A program made the position numbers and the translations under genes. Positions 8,015-18,486 of a DNA stretch of 64,000 bases are shown here, piece after piece; position 1 is the first letter of the stretch; the number at the start of each line of letters is the position of its first letter. Source of the DNA: an uncultured Clostridia bacterium (GTDB lineage: Bacteria; Bacillota; Clostridia; Tissierellales; Gottschalkiaceae); contig CAZBAL010000006.1 of assembly GCA_964489735.1 (NCBI GenBank), forward strand, positions 11,796 through 75,795, read 5' to 3'. Below the pieces are notes generated by a model. That model did no database searches, had not been told where the DNA came from, and worked only from the letters and a program-made list of their open reading frames with translations.

Positions 8015-9522
8015 TCACTCAAATACAACTACATTTTTTGAAATCTGCTCTTCTAAAAACATAATAGTATCCTCTCTGGAGTATTTTTTATTAAAGTACT
8101 TAACTCTTTGATTTATAGTTTCCCATAATGCCATAGAAATTCTGTGTTCATTTGTAATAAACATCATGTGTGGATCTTTTAAACTAAAAAAAGCTGTCTT
8201 ATCAAGGTCTTTGCTGAGAATAGCGTATTCATCAACATCTCTATCTTCTACTAAGACAAGGCTATAATTTTCATTAGTTCTCAACAAGTGGATCATATTC
8301 TCCAAATGAATTTTCAATAAAGTTCTAGTATATGATATATTTATGCCAAATAAAGTACTGAACTCTGGTAAATTTATATCATTTCTGAATTTTATGATTT
8401 TAGATACAGGAATCACTTCTGTAAACTTATGTGTCCTAAGTAATCTATTGAAATTATCAGTCAACACATTATATACAAAGTCAAATTCTCTTGGCAATCT
8501 CGATTCAATAGACTTTTTTACTTCTTTAGGCATGGTGAATATCGCTGGAAAAAGATTATAAAGAACTGAGTCATTCTCTTTTTTCAGCAGTTCAATATAG
8601 TCCATCCAAAGTGATTCTTTATCTAAATAACTGTACTTGTTAAACGCCGGCAAACAAAGCTTTTTATAGCTATCGAACTCATTTGCCAGAGTATTTATAG
8701 CTTTTCCATCATTTATATAAATAGTCAATGCCCCTTCACCTTCCTCACCAACAGAATTAGAAGTGACAGCTGAAATTCCAGGAGCTACAAATAAAGTTCT
8801 TCTAATTGTACTGTCTTTTAGTTTTGGATAATAATATGAGTCAATTCTACCTGTCATATAAACAGGAATCCATTTTTGAACCGCTGCATTCATCTCTGTA
8901 ATCCTCTTTCAACACCATGTATAATATTGATTCTGCACCCTTTTTTCAATATCTTTGTCAGAAGACCAACTAAAGCTTTTGTGAATTCAAAATCACTGAA
9001 CCAACTCATATTCTCATCACTGAACAACAGTAATGTAATCACTTTATCTGATTCTGCTACACTTGTTAGAAATCTCAAATATGCCTCTTATTTACCATCA
9101 TTTCCATAATAGAATGTTGTATCTGACATGTTCGTACTCAGTTCTTCTGTGCTGTGTTCACAATCCATTATATTATTATCAGATGGAAGATTTGCACCCT
9201 CAACTAACCAATTGTATATAATTTCATTCAATAACTGATTTTCAGTTTTTCTATTTATTCCGTCTTCCAGCAATAAATTAATAAAATCATTTTTCAATTT
9301 CTCATCTTTCTCTATCATCTTTGCAAAATAACTGGACATAGGCAATAAGAAAGTCGGATTTTTGGGAAGTTTTCTTTTTCCCGTTCTCAAACGCGATAGA
9401 TAAGATGGATCTACAGAAATCGCATTTGATAGAGTGCTGTTTTTTATCTTTGTTATTTCCATCAAAGCATTCAATTTTTTAGAAAACAAAATACCCCTCC
9501 AATTCTCAGTTCCATTATTCAA
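8015..9522 (-). pseudogene. XRE-family HTH transcriptional regulator with a large C-terminal domain (~500 aa), interrupted by an in-frame TAA and a 1-bp frameshift
   Basis: HTH KLNALMEITKIKNSTLSNAISVDPSYLSRLRTGKR. TAA at 9088-9090 is followed in frame by EAYLRFLTS. A frame change at ~8893 (GGA TTA CAG AG|ATG AAT GCA) joins to ORF 8015-8893. Confidence 0.8.
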
Positions 9523-9589
9523 ATTATCACATATATGCTATAACCACTATATCATATATAATATGCTCTTGAATACATTGACAATCTGA

Positions 9590-11638
9590 TTAATTGAATT
9601 CCAATCTGTCAGTATCAACCAAGAGCCTCTCAATTTTATTTCTTAAATTCATATTTTCACTATTTTCTAATAGTGGATCATCAGACACAATATCATTTAC
9701 AAGTATCTGTACCTCTGATAGGATTTTCATATCCCTTGGCAGTTTAGATACTCTCAGCTCTGGAATTCCATGTTGTCTGAATCCAAAGAATTCACCAGGT
9801 CCTCTCAGCTCTAGATCTTTTTCTGAGATTATAAATCCATCATTTGTCTGCTCAAGTATCTTTATTCTTTCTTTCGATATTTCACTTTTCCCATCTGAAA
9901 GTAAAATGCAGTAAGACTGATATTTTCCTCTACCAACTCTCCCTCGTAATTGGTGAAGCTGTGCTAACCCAAAGCACTCAGCATTTTCAATAACCATAAT
10001 ATTAGAATTGGGTACATCCACACCCACTTCGATTACAGTAGTAGAAACAAGTATATCTATTTCTCTTTCTTTAAATAGTTCCATTACAGTATCCTTATCG
10101 GCTGCCTTCATCTGTCCATGAAGAAGTCCTATTTTTAAATCTTGAAATTTCTCATTCAGTTCTTGATATACAGATTCTGCAGATTTCAAATCCAGCACTT
10201 CTGAATCTTCTACCATCGGGCACACTACATAAGCCTGCCTACCTTCTAAAACCTGTTTTTTTACAAACTGGTAAACATCAGCTCTGGATCTATAGGTCCT
10301 TCCGTATGTCTTTATTTCTTTTCGCCCAGGTGGCAGTTCATCAACTATAGTAATGTCTAAGTCGCCATAGACAATAAGTGCTAGAGTTCTAGGTATTGGT
10401 GTAGCAGTCATTACCAATATATCAGGATTTATACCTTTATTTGATAATCTAGCTCTCTGATTTACACCAAATCTGTGCTGTTCATCTGTAATTACAAGTC
10501 CTAATTTTTCAAACTCTATATAATCCTCTATAAGAGCGTGGGTTCCTACAACTACATCAATTTGGCCAGATTTTATTTTTTCTAAAACTTCTCTTTTCTC
10601 TCTTGCTTTCATATTGCTCACGAGAAGCCCAACTTCAATATTGAACTTTTCCAAAAGTGTACTCAAACTTCTATAATGTTGTCTTGCTAATATTTCTGTC
10701 GGAGCCATCATAGCACTTTGAAAACCTGATTTGTAAGACTTTAAAAGAGCAAATGCAGCTATTACTGTTTTTCCTGAACCAACATCACCTTGAACCAGTC
10801 TGTTCATTTGCCTATCTGCTTCCATATCTTTTTCTATTTCTTTTATAGCCTTATATTGTGCACCTGTCAGTTTAAAAGGCAGAGCTTCCTGGAACTTCTC
10901 CTCTAATTGAATACTTGGAAATCTAGTAAAGGAAACATCACTATTCCTTCTGTTTTTAAGCATAATCAGACCCATCTGCAATACTAAAAGTTCATCAAAT
11001 GCAATTGTATTTCTAGACTTTAAATAATCATCTCTTCCATCAGGAAAATGAAGATGTTCAATAGCTTTTGAAATTGAGAAGAGATCGTATTTATCTCTTA
11101 TATACTCGGGCAAGTCATCAATTTCTTTTGTATACTTTATAGCTTCCCTTACAAACTTTATCATTTCGTTATTTGAAAGCCCTTTGGTCAATCCGTATAT
11201 GGGCTCCACTTTTCCTATATTGCTATTATCTAGATTCTTAGCAATCATAGGTGAATTAAACTCTTTTATTATGCCATTCACTTTGACTTTTCCAGAAATA
11301 TATACCCTGTCATCTTCCTTGAACTGGTTCAACCTATAATTCTGATTGAAAAAAGTAATATAGGCATTTTCTGTACCATCAGAAACCAGAACTTTTACAA
11401 TGCTCATATTTCTTCTCGGTCTATATATTGTCGGTCTTCCTTTTACAGTAACCTGAAGACTTATCAGTTCTCCGTCTTTAGCATCTTTTATAGTTCCTGT
11501 TCTTCTTCGGTCTTCATAATTTACAGGAAAATAGTATATAAGGTCCTCTACAGTATTAACTTCAAGATTAGATAACAGTTTTTTCTTTTTATCTCCGATT
11601 CCTTTAAGAGTATCAACTTTTAAATCCAAATCACTCAA
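9590..11638 (-). CDS. recG: ATP-dependent DNA helicase RecG
   Basis: QGDVGSGKT, DEQHRFGV, MTATPIPRT, QLRGRVGRG, DLELRGPGE. Confidence 0.98.
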   Translation of the reverse strand: MSDLDLKVDTLKGIGDKKKKLLSNLEVNTVEDLIYYFPVNYEDRRRTGTIKDAKDGELISLQVTVKGRPTIYRPRRNMSIVKVLVSDGTENAYITFFNQNYRLNQFKEDDRVYISGKVKVNGIIKEFNSPMIAKNLDNSNIGKVEPIYGLTKGLSNNEMIKFVREAIKYTKEIDDLPEYIRDKYDLFSISKAIEHLHFPDGRDDYLKSRNTIAFDELLVLQMGLIMLKNRRNSDVSFTRFPSIQLEEKFQEALPFKLTGAQYKAIKEIEKDMEADRQMNRLVQGDVGSGKTVIAAFALLKSYKSGFQSAMMAPTEILARQHYRSLSTLLEKFNIEVGLLVSNMKAREKREVLEKIKSGQIDVVVGTHALIEDYIEFEKLGLVITDEQHRFGVNQRARLSNKGINPDILVMTATPIPRTLALIVYGDLDITIVDELPPGRKEIKTYGRTYRSRADVYQFVKKQVLEGRQAYVVCPMVEDSEVLDLKSAESVYQELNEKFQDLKIGLLHGQMKAADKDTVMELFKEREIDILVSTTVIEVGVDVPNSNIMVIENAECFGLAQLHQLRGRVGRGKYQSYCILLSDGKSEISKERIKILEQTNDGFIISEKDLELRGPGEFFGFRQHGIPELRVSKLPRDMKILSEVQILVNDIVSDDPLLENSENMNLRNKIERLLVDTDRLEFN

Positions 11639-11652
11639 AAAATCACCTCAAT

Positions 11653-11682
11653 AAGAAAAACTCAGTATAATCAACTGAGTTT
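11653..11682 (-). terminator. Terminator-like hairpin after fakA
   Basis: AAACTCAGT-ataatca-ACTGAGTTT followed by a T-rich tract on the minus strand. Confidence 0.6.
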
Positions 11683-11690
11683 CTCACATA

Positions 11691-13385
11691 TTATTCGGCA
11701 GCAATCAAATAGTGATATAGTGGCTGTCCACCATAAATCAGTTCTATATCTGCATCTGAATATAATTCTTCAATTTTAGCTGCTAGTTTTTCAGCATCTT
11801 CTTCTGAAACATCCTCACCATATATTATAGTGATCATATCAATACCTTCATCATATAGATGTGCTACAAGTTCCTCAGTAACACCTTCAACCTCACTTCC
11901 AGTACATACTATTTCTTTACCTAATAATCCTATTATTTCACCTTTTGAAATAGACTTGCCATTTAGAACCGTATCTTTTACTGAGAAAGTTATTTGACCT
12001 GTTTTCACTTCCTCATATGCGCTTGACATATTCATCACATTCTCTTCTAAACTGGAGTCCGGATCGAAATCAATCATAGCCGCAATTCCCTCTGGTATCG
12101 TTTTAGTTGGTATTACTTCAACATTCTTTTCAGACACATCTTTGACTTGGTTCGCTGCTAATATTATATTGCTATTGTTAGGCAGAATAATGATGTTATC
12201 AGTATTCATACTTTCAACTGCTTTTAGAATATCTTCTGTACTTGGGTTCATTGTCTGTCCCCCTGAAATAACTGTATTCACACCTAATTGATCGAATACA
12301 TCTTTAAGTCCTTCACCTGATGATATGCTTATTACACCTATGTTTATAGGCTCAGAGTTTAACCCTTCATCATTTAAATTAAGCGAATCGCTATTTAGAG
12401 AATCTGAATTGTCATTGATGTTATCCAGCTCAGCTAGTTCGGTCTGATTAAATGATGTATGACTGTGCTGATATCTCATATTATCTATCTTTATATTTAT
12501 AAGTCCTCCAAGAGTTACTGCTCTTTTTAAAACCTCTCCCGGGTCATTAGTGTGGATATGAACTTTTATTATTCCTTCATCTCCTATTACAAGCATAGAA
12601 TCTCCCAGATTTTCAATCTCATCTCTAAAGCTCTCTGGATTCGCATTTGTATCGTTAATAATAAATTCTGTACAGTATCCAAACTCTATATTCGGATCGT
12701 AAGAGTCAGCTGTATCAAACATTATTACAGGTTCCTCTCTGATGAATTTGCTGCTATCAGTTGATTCACCAGTCAAGGCCGAGTACATACCATCTAGTAT
12801 GACCATATAACCTTTTCCACCAGCATCTACGACTCCTGCCTCTTTAAGTGCTGGCAGCATCTCTGGAGTTCTATCCAATGTCTCGTTACCAGCATCGATT
12901 ACATGTTTCATAAAAGAGATAATATCAGTCTCTTTTCTTTCTATATCATGAGCTGCATCACTGCATCCTCTGGCCACAGTTAGAATAGTTCCCTCTGTCG
13001 GTTTCATTACAGCTCTGTAAGCCGTCTCTGTTGCCTCCCTTAATGCTTTAGAGAACACTGGGACCGTTATTTCATCCGAATCAGAAATAATTTTTGACAT
13101 ACCTCTGATAAGCTGAGATAGAATAACTCCTGAGTTTCCTCTCGCACCCATTAAAGAACCTCTAGAGACAATATCCGTAATTTCTTTTATATCATTTTTA
13201 TTATTTTCTAACAAATCTTTTACTGCTGATTTCATAGTAAGAGACATATTTGTTCCTGTATCTCCATCTGGAACCGGAAATACATTCAGTGCATTTAACA
13301 TGTCTTTTTCATTTTCTAATGCGTTGGATGCATTTAAAAACATCTCTTTCAGCATAAACCCATCTATATTTGTAACCAAAACCAA
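11691..13385 (-). CDS. fakA: DAK2-domain fatty acid kinase subunit FakA (YloV)
   Basis: LNVFPVPDGDTGTNM, GARGNSGVILSQ, GVVDAGG, FGYCTEF, KVHIHT, GGQPLY. Confidence 0.93.
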   Translation of the reverse strand: MVLVTNIDGFMLKEMFLNASNALENEKDMLNALNVFPVPDGDTGTNMSLTMKSAVKDLLENNKNDIKEITDIVSRGSLMGARGNSGVILSQLIRGMSKIISDSDEITVPVFSKALREATETAYRAVMKPTEGTILTVARGCSDAAHDIERKETDIISFMKHVIDAGNETLDRTPEMLPALKEAGVVDAGGKGYMVILDGMYSALTGESTDSSKFIREEPVIMFDTADSYDPNIEFGYCTEFIINDTNANPESFRDEIENLGDSMLVIGDEGIIKVHIHTNDPGEVLKRAVTLGGLINIKIDNMRYQHSHTSFNQTELAELDNINDNSDSLNSDSLNLNDEGLNSEPINIGVISISSGEGLKDVFDQLGVNTVISGGQTMNPSTEDILKAVESMNTDNIIILPNNSNIILAANQVKDVSEKNVEVIPTKTIPEGIAAMIDFDPDSSLEENVMNMSSAYEEVKTGQITFSVKDTVLNGKSISKGEIIGLLGKEIVCTGSEVEGVTEELVAHLYDEGIDMITIIYGEDVSEEDAEKLAAKIEELYSDADIELIYGGQPLYHYLIAAE

Positions 13386-13402
13386 TTTCCTCCTAAAGCT
13401 AG

Positions 13403-13759
13403 CTATTTTTGCACTCTAACTCCTTGAATATTTACATTTATTTTTTCAACAAGCATTCCTGTTGCATCTTCTACTGCATATTTTACTTTTTCTATAACAT
13501 TTTGTGCAACAGTCTGTATGCTTGTACCATACTGCACAATTATATAAAGATCTATAGTGATTCCATGTTCTTCAGTAGTAATTTTTACTCCCTTTGTCAG
13601 GTTCTCTAATAATAGAAGTTTTGAAAGTCCATCACTAGCTCCTTTGCTAGCCATACCTACCAATCCGTAGCATTCCATAGCGGCAAGTCCAGCGATAGTT
13701 GCTAGAACATTGTCCTCTATAATTATATTTCCATATTCATTATTTATTTTAGCCGGCAT
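13403..13759 (-). CDS. Asp23/Gls24 family protein (YloU)
   Basis: IAGLAAMECYGLVGM...IDLYIIVQYG...NVNIQGV; conserved position between rpmB and yloV. Confidence 0.9.
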   Translation of the reverse strand: MPAKINNEYGNIIIEDNVLATIAGLAAMECYGLVGMASKGASDGLSKLLLLENLTKGVKITTEEHGITIDLYIIVQYGTSIQTVAQNVIEKVKYAVEDATGMLVEKINVNIQGVRVQK

Positions 13760-13884
13760 ATTACCATCTCCTAAAACTTAAATTTCTCTTATAATCTTTC
13801 TCAAAAACTACATTAAGCTGATTAAAACAATGATTCCATTAATAGTATTTTTAATAGTAAGATTTGTAAATAGTCATATACTTA

Positions 13885-13913
13885 ATTTTATCATATGTTT
13901 TGTATAATGTCAT
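13885..13913 (-). promoter_or_regulatory. Sigma-A promoter for yloU-fakA
   Basis: ATGACA-17 nt-TAAAAT with extended TG. Confidence 0.55.
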
Positions 13914-13940
13914 TCATAGCTTATTATTTTAAAAATATGC

Positions 13941-13969
13941 TTGAACAGTTGTTAATGCTATGATATAAT
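13941..13969 (+). promoter_or_regulatory. Sigma-A promoter for rpmB
   Basis: TTGAAC-17 nt-TATAAT with extended TG. Confidence 0.75.
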
Positions 13970-14011
13970 CAGTTGTAATGTATTTTTTTATGTAGCAGGA
14001 GGTGTAGTTTA

Positions 14012-14203
14012 ATGGCTAAAGAGTGTGTTGTTTGTGGAAAAGGAACAGTAACAGGAAACCAAGTTACTTTCTCTCATCGTAGCAGCAGAAGAACATGGAA
14101 ACCTAATTTACGTAGAGTAAAAGCGGTTATTGAAGGATCTCCAAAAACTGTAAATGTATGTACTAGATGTTTAAGATCTGGAAAAATAGAAAGAGCAATA
14201 TAA
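14012..14203 (+). CDS. rpmB: 50S ribosomal protein L28
   Basis: MAKECVVCGKG...GNQVTFSHRSSRRTWKPNL...VCTRCLRSGK. Confidence 0.98.
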   Translation: MAKECVVCGKGTVTGNQVTFSHRSSRRTWKPNLRRVKAVIEGSPKTVNVCTRCLRSGKIERAI

Positions 14204-14205
14204 TA

Positions 14206-14230
14206 GGCTTCCCTATAGGAAGCCCTTTTA
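14206..14230 (+). terminator. Terminator of rpmB (probably bidirectional with thiN)
   Basis: GGCTTCC-ctata-GGAAGCC followed by CTTTTT. Confidence 0.8.
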
Positions 14231-14248
14231 TTTGCTCTTTTTTATTTT

Positions 14249-14923
14249 TCAGTCTATAGATCTTATAACTAAAATGGAACCTGATTTGACCTCAATATGA
14301 CCAACTTCTGATATAAGCTCGTTACTGATGCCTATTACGGAGTCAACCTCCAAATCAAGAGAGTCCGTATCATACTTGAATCCTCTCAAAGACAGTCCCT
14401 GGACTTTTCCTCCAGTTGGGAGTACCGAAATATATTTATAACGCTTATCATTTTTTATCTCTATTTTACTTTCTGTATACATTATTTCATTTTTTCCATC
14501 TACTATTTTAGCTCTTAAGCCCGCACTATAAATTTTCTTTAGTAAAATTATATTACCTATTGTATGATCAAGCCTAGATCCTGTAGCCCCTAAAAGCACA
14601 ATATCTTTGAAGCCTTGTTCAATGGCGTAAATTACAGCTAGCTCTGTATCTGTTTCATCTTTTTCACAATTAGCTTTTATTATTTCTATTCCGCTATCTG
14701 AATACTTTTTTGAAAGCTCGTATCCCAATGAGTCCAAGTCTCCTATGATAATATCCGGTTTTAAATCTGATTCAGTTAGTTTCTTTGTACCACTGTCTAC
14801 AGCAATAATAAAATCTCTATCACTATATCTTTCAATAACAGATCTTTCAGAATTTCCACCTGAAACTATTAAAGCGCTTTTCATATTTTTTTTATTCTTG
14901 TTTCTTTCCATAGATTTATCCAA
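14249..14923 (-). CDS. thiN: Thiamine diphosphokinase
   Basis: AVDSG, GDLDS, EKDETDTELA, GATGSRLDHTIGN, GISNE; the real start may be the ATG at 14884. Confidence 0.93.
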   Translation of the reverse strand: MDKSMERNKNKKNMKSALIVSGGNSERSVIERYSDRDFIIAVDSGTKKLTESDLKPDIIIGDLDSLGYELSKKYSDSGIEIIKANCEKDETDTELAVIYAIEQGFKDIVLLGATGSRLDHTIGNIILLKKIYSAGLRAKIVDGKNEIMYTESKIEIKNDKRYKYISVLPTGGKVQGLSLRGFKYDTDSLDLEVDSVIGISNELISEVGHIEVKSGSILVIRSID

Positions 14924-15569
14924 TTATTTCCATAAACTTATCTATTTCTATATTTATATCTTCATTTTTATAAACTGCTGAACCTGCAACCAGTACATCA
15001 GCTCCTAGATCGACCAGTTCTTTAGCATTATCCAAAGTAACTCCACCGTCTACCTCTATCTCAAAATCCAATCCTCTTTCCTCTCTAAGTTCAGATAAAA
15101 CAGCAATTTTTTCTTTAACTTGAGGAATAAAAGACTGACCACCATATCCTGGATTTACCGCCATAATAAGAACTAAATCCAGATCTTCTAATATATATTC
15201 TATGCTTGATACCGGTGTAGCCGGATTTAATGACACTCCCGCTTTAACTCCTAAGTTTTTTATCTGCTGAATATTCCTATGCAGATGAGGGCACACTTCC
15301 TGATGTATAGTTATAATATCAGCACCGGAATTCGCAAATTCTTCCACATAGTATTCCGGTTTTACCATCATAAGATGTACATCAAAGACTTTATCAGTAT
15401 ATTTTCTGATTGCTCTAACGACTGGAGCTCCAATAGTCAAGTTTGGAACGAACCTGCCATCCATAACATCTATATGCACATATTCTGCATTACTTTTATC
15501 TAGTCTCTCTATTTCATATCCCAATTTACTAAAATCCGATGATAGTATTGATGGAGATAGTTTTGCCAT
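14916..15569 (-). CDS. rpe: Ribulose-phosphate 3-epimerase
   Basis: SPSILS, HIDVMDGRFVPN, DVHLM, MAVNPGYGGQ, EVDGG. Confidence 0.98.
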   Translation of the reverse strand: MAKLSPSILSSDFSKLGYEIERLDKSNAEYVHIDVMDGRFVPNLTIGAPVVRAIRKYTDKVFDVHLMMVKPEYYVEEFANSGADIITIHQEVCPHLHRNIQQIKNLGVKAGVSLNPATPVSSIEYILEDLDLVLIMAVNPGYGGQSFIPQVKEKIAVLSELREERGLDFEIEVDGGVTLDNAKELVDLGADVLVAGSAVYKNEDINIEIDKFMEIIG

Positions 15570-16456
15570 TAATAGTTCCTCCTCTGTGATAGTTCTTCTA
15601 GTAAACGTAAATAATTTTCATATCTCTCTTCACTTATTATTCCCTGTTCAACCCTGGACTTTACTGCACATCCAGGTTCTTTACTGTGTCTACATCCTGT
15701 AAATTTACATTCAGCAGAATACTTTTCTATTTCTCTAAAGTAATCCGAAAGATTATCTTCATCCAAAAATTCTAATTCCAATGAACTGAATCCTGGAGTG
15801 TCAAACACATAACCACCAAAGTCCAGACTAAAAAGTTCAGTATGTCTTGTAGTATGCTTTCCTCTTTCAGTTTTTTTGCTCACAGAACCAGTCTCCAGCT
15901 CAAAATCCGGCTGTATATTATTTATAAGAGTAGATTTTCCTACTCCAGAAGGTCCCGCGAGTGCAGTTGTCTTATCTTTGAGTATCTCTTTCAGCTCTTC
16001 AAGTCCTTCTGACTCTTCTGCACTAGTCAGCAGTACTCTATATCCTGCTTTTTCATATATAGTTTTAAGCTCTTCATTTTTTTCTTTTTTCCCCAGATCA
16101 GCTTTATTAAAACAGATTACAGTTTCTATTTGCTGCTCTTCTGACTGAATTAAAAATTTATCTAAGAGCCATAGGTTTGGCTTAGGCTTTTTAACTGCAA
16201 AAACGATTACTTTCTGATCAATATTTGACACTGCAGGTCTTAGCAGTTGATTTTTTCTTTCAAATATCTCTTCAACATATCCTTCTTTATCAGCTTCATC
16301 GCTTACTCTGAGTTTGACATTATCACCAACAAGAGGGGTTTTTCCCTCTAATCTGAAAACCCCTCTCGCTCTTGTTTGATATATTCCATCAGAGGTTTTT
16401 ACATAGTAAAAACCTCCAACACCTTTTATTATTTTTCCCTCTAATATCCTATCCAT
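15569..16456 (-). CDS. rsgA: Ribosome small subunit-dependent GTPase A
   Basis: NKAD, GPSGVGKS, GKHTTR, DTPGF, CKFTGCRHSKEPGC. Confidence 0.97.
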   Translation of the reverse strand: MDRILEGKIIKGVGGFYYVKTSDGIYQTRARGVFRLEGKTPLVGDNVKLRVSDEADKEGYVEEIFERKNQLLRPAVSNIDQKVIVFAVKKPKPNLWLLDKFLIQSEEQQIETVICFNKADLGKKEKNEELKTIYEKAGYRVLLTSAEESEGLEELKEILKDKTTALAGPSGVGKSTLINNIQPDFELETGSVSKKTERGKHTTRHTELFSLDFGGYVFDTPGFSSLELEFLDEDNLSDYFREIEKYSAECKFTGCRHSKEPGCAVKSRVEQGIISEERYENYLRLLEELSQRRNY

Positions 16457-16457
16457 C

Positions 16458-18473
16458 TTAAAAATCCTTACTTGTTGAAGATTGAGGGATGTTATCTACA
16501 TAAAGCTCATAGAAAACTTTTCCTGTGTCTTTATCTGGAAAAGATACAGATACAGAACCACTTGATGCATCGTAACCGCTTTGCGTATATACAGTAGATC
16601 TGCTTCCATTTTTAATCTTATATACTACAATATCTACTGGCTTCTTTGTGATTCCATTTGCACTTATTGATACGGTCTGTTCACTGCCCGTACTAGTTTC
16701 TTCTTTCTCTTCAGGACCACTGCTTATAACCATACTTATAGCAGTCCACTGCTCTACAGAACTTCCCGAAGCTACTCCTTGAGAAATTACTGTTCCTTTT
16801 TTCTTATCACTCACTTCATATCCTACTTGACCAATGGAAAGGTGCGCTGTATTCAACTGTGCACTAGCTTGGTCGAATGAAAGTCCAACTAAATTTGGTA
16901 CAGTGGAATATACAACTTCCTTACCTTTACTGATTACAAGTCCTACTTCAGAATTTCTTGCTACTTCTGTATCAGGCTGTGGATCTTGTGAAATAATAAG
17001 ACCAGCTTCAACTTCATCACTGAACTCCTCAGTTTGAGGCCCTAATGCCAATCCATTATCTCTCAGAGCAACTCTAGCCCCTTCCAAATCAAGTCCTACA
17101 ACCGATGGCACTACTACTGGCTGTGACCCCTTACTTGATATTACTTTTACTGCTGAACCTTGTTCAAGTTTACTTCCTGCAGCCGTTTCCTGCTTAAGAA
17201 TTCTACCCGCTGCCTGCTCATCACTGAACTCTTCACCAACAACTTCTACATTCAGTCCCTCTGGACTCAGTATTTTCTCAGCCTCTTCAATCGTAAGACC
17301 TACAACTGATGGCACGGCTACTTCTTTCTTAAACATATCTCCACTGCTTGCAAAATAAAGTCCTGCAGCAATCGTCACTGTAATAAAAGCTAAAAGTACC
17401 GGAAGGAACATTCCTTTTTTATCCGACTTTTTCTCTTCTTTTTCCTTGAGTCTGGCCAGTCTTCTTTCTTCTTTTTCTTTTAGCTTAGCTTGCTTTTCTG
17501 CCTCAGCTTTTTCAAGCTTTTCTTTTCTAGCCTGTTCTTTACTTCTTTCTTTTACTATCTTGTTTCTTTCTTTTATCATCTCATCACTGATTGGTGGAAG
17601 CATCTGTGTCCTAGCTTCCATCTCATCAACAGCCTTAATGGATGATGCTAATTTTCCTGTAGCTTTATATGATTTAAGATCAGCCAGTATTGATCTGGCA
17701 TCCTGGTATCTTTCTATCTGCTCTTTTTTCATAGCCTTTGTTATTATATATTCCAGTTCTCTAGGAATATCCTGATTTATTTCTCTTGGAGCTGCAGCTT
17801 CTTCCTGGATATGCATTATCGCAACAGAAATAGGACTGTCGCCATCGAAAGGAACTTTCCCTGTCGCCATTTCATACATAACAACTCCAAGTGAGTAGAT
17901 ATCAGATCTCTTATCTACTAACCCACCTCTTGCCTGTTCAGGAGACAAGTAATGAGCTGAACCTAAAACACCACCGTTATTGGTCATAGTAACACTGCTG
18001 GTTGCTCTAGCTATTCCAAAATCCGTAACTTTTACTCTTCCATCATCTGTGACCATTATATTATGAGGCTTTATATCTCTATGAACTATACCGTTTTTAT
18101 GAGCATCTTCTAACGCCTCACCAATTGCAATTGCAGTTTCCACAGTCTCTTTTGTATCTAAATGACCATATATTTTTATTATATCTTTTAAAGTTTTTCC
18201 TTTTATATACTCCATTACAATGTAGTTTTTTCCTTCTTCTTCACCTACATCATATACACTTACTATATTCGGATGTGTCAGAGATGCTGCTGACTGAGCC
18301 TCTCTCTGAAATTTATTCAATACATCTTCATCATTTTTAAATTGATCTCTCAGCACTTTTATCGCAACATATCTGTCTAGCAGTCTGCACTTTGCTTTAT
18401 AAACTTCAGCCATGCCTCCGCCGCCGATTTTTTCAATTACTTCATACCTGTTACCCAGTACTTTTCCAATCAT
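16458..18473 (-). CDS. pknB: Stk1/PrkC-family PASTA-domain Ser/Thr protein kinase
   Basis: GGGGMAEVY, VAIK, HRDIKPHN, DFG, GSAHYLSPEQ, TM segment, three PASTA repeats; ATG at 18473 follows an AGGTGG RBS. Confidence 0.96.
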   Translation of the reverse strand: MIGKVLGNRYEVIEKIGGGGMAEVYKAKCRLLDRYVAIKVLRDQFKNDEDVLNKFQREAQSAASLTHPNIVSVYDVGEEEGKNYIVMEYIKGKTLKDIIKIYGHLDTKETVETAIAIGEALEDAHKNGIVHRDIKPHNIMVTDDGRVKVTDFGIARATSSVTMTNNGGVLGSAHYLSPEQARGGLVDKRSDIYSLGVVMYEMATGKVPFDGDSPISVAIMHIQEEAAAPREINQDIPRELEYIITKAMKKEQIERYQDARSILADLKSYKATGKLASSIKAVDEMEARTQMLPPISDEMIKERNKIVKERSKEQARKEKLEKAEAEKQAKLKEKEERRLARLKEKEEKKSDKKGMFLPVLLAFITVTIAAGLYFASSGDMFKKEVAVPSVVGLTIEEAEKILSPEGLNVEVVGEEFSDEQAAGRILKQETAAGSKLEQGSAVKVISSKGSQPVVVPSVVGLDLEGARVALRDNGLALGPQTEEFSDEVEAGLIISQDPQPDTEVARNSEVGLVISKGKEVVYSTVPNLVGLSFDQASAQLNTAHLSIGQVGYEVSDKKKGTVISQGVASGSSVEQWTAISMVISSGPEEKEETSTGSEQTVSISANGITKKPVDIVVYKIKNGSRSTVYTQSGYDASSGSVSVSFPDKDTGKVFYELYVDNIPQSSTSKDF

Positions 18474-18486
18474 AAATTCCACCTGC

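Noticed and set aside
9088-9090. Recoding or read-through of the in-frame stop in the XRE gene
   Set aside because: The codon is TAA, which is not used for Sec or Pyl, there is no SECIS-like hairpin, and a second frameshift lesion exists downstream.
12380-12420. NSDSL-NSDSL duplication in the FakA linker
   Set aside because: A minor low-complexity linker expansion, not nucleotide-identical, with no sign of function.
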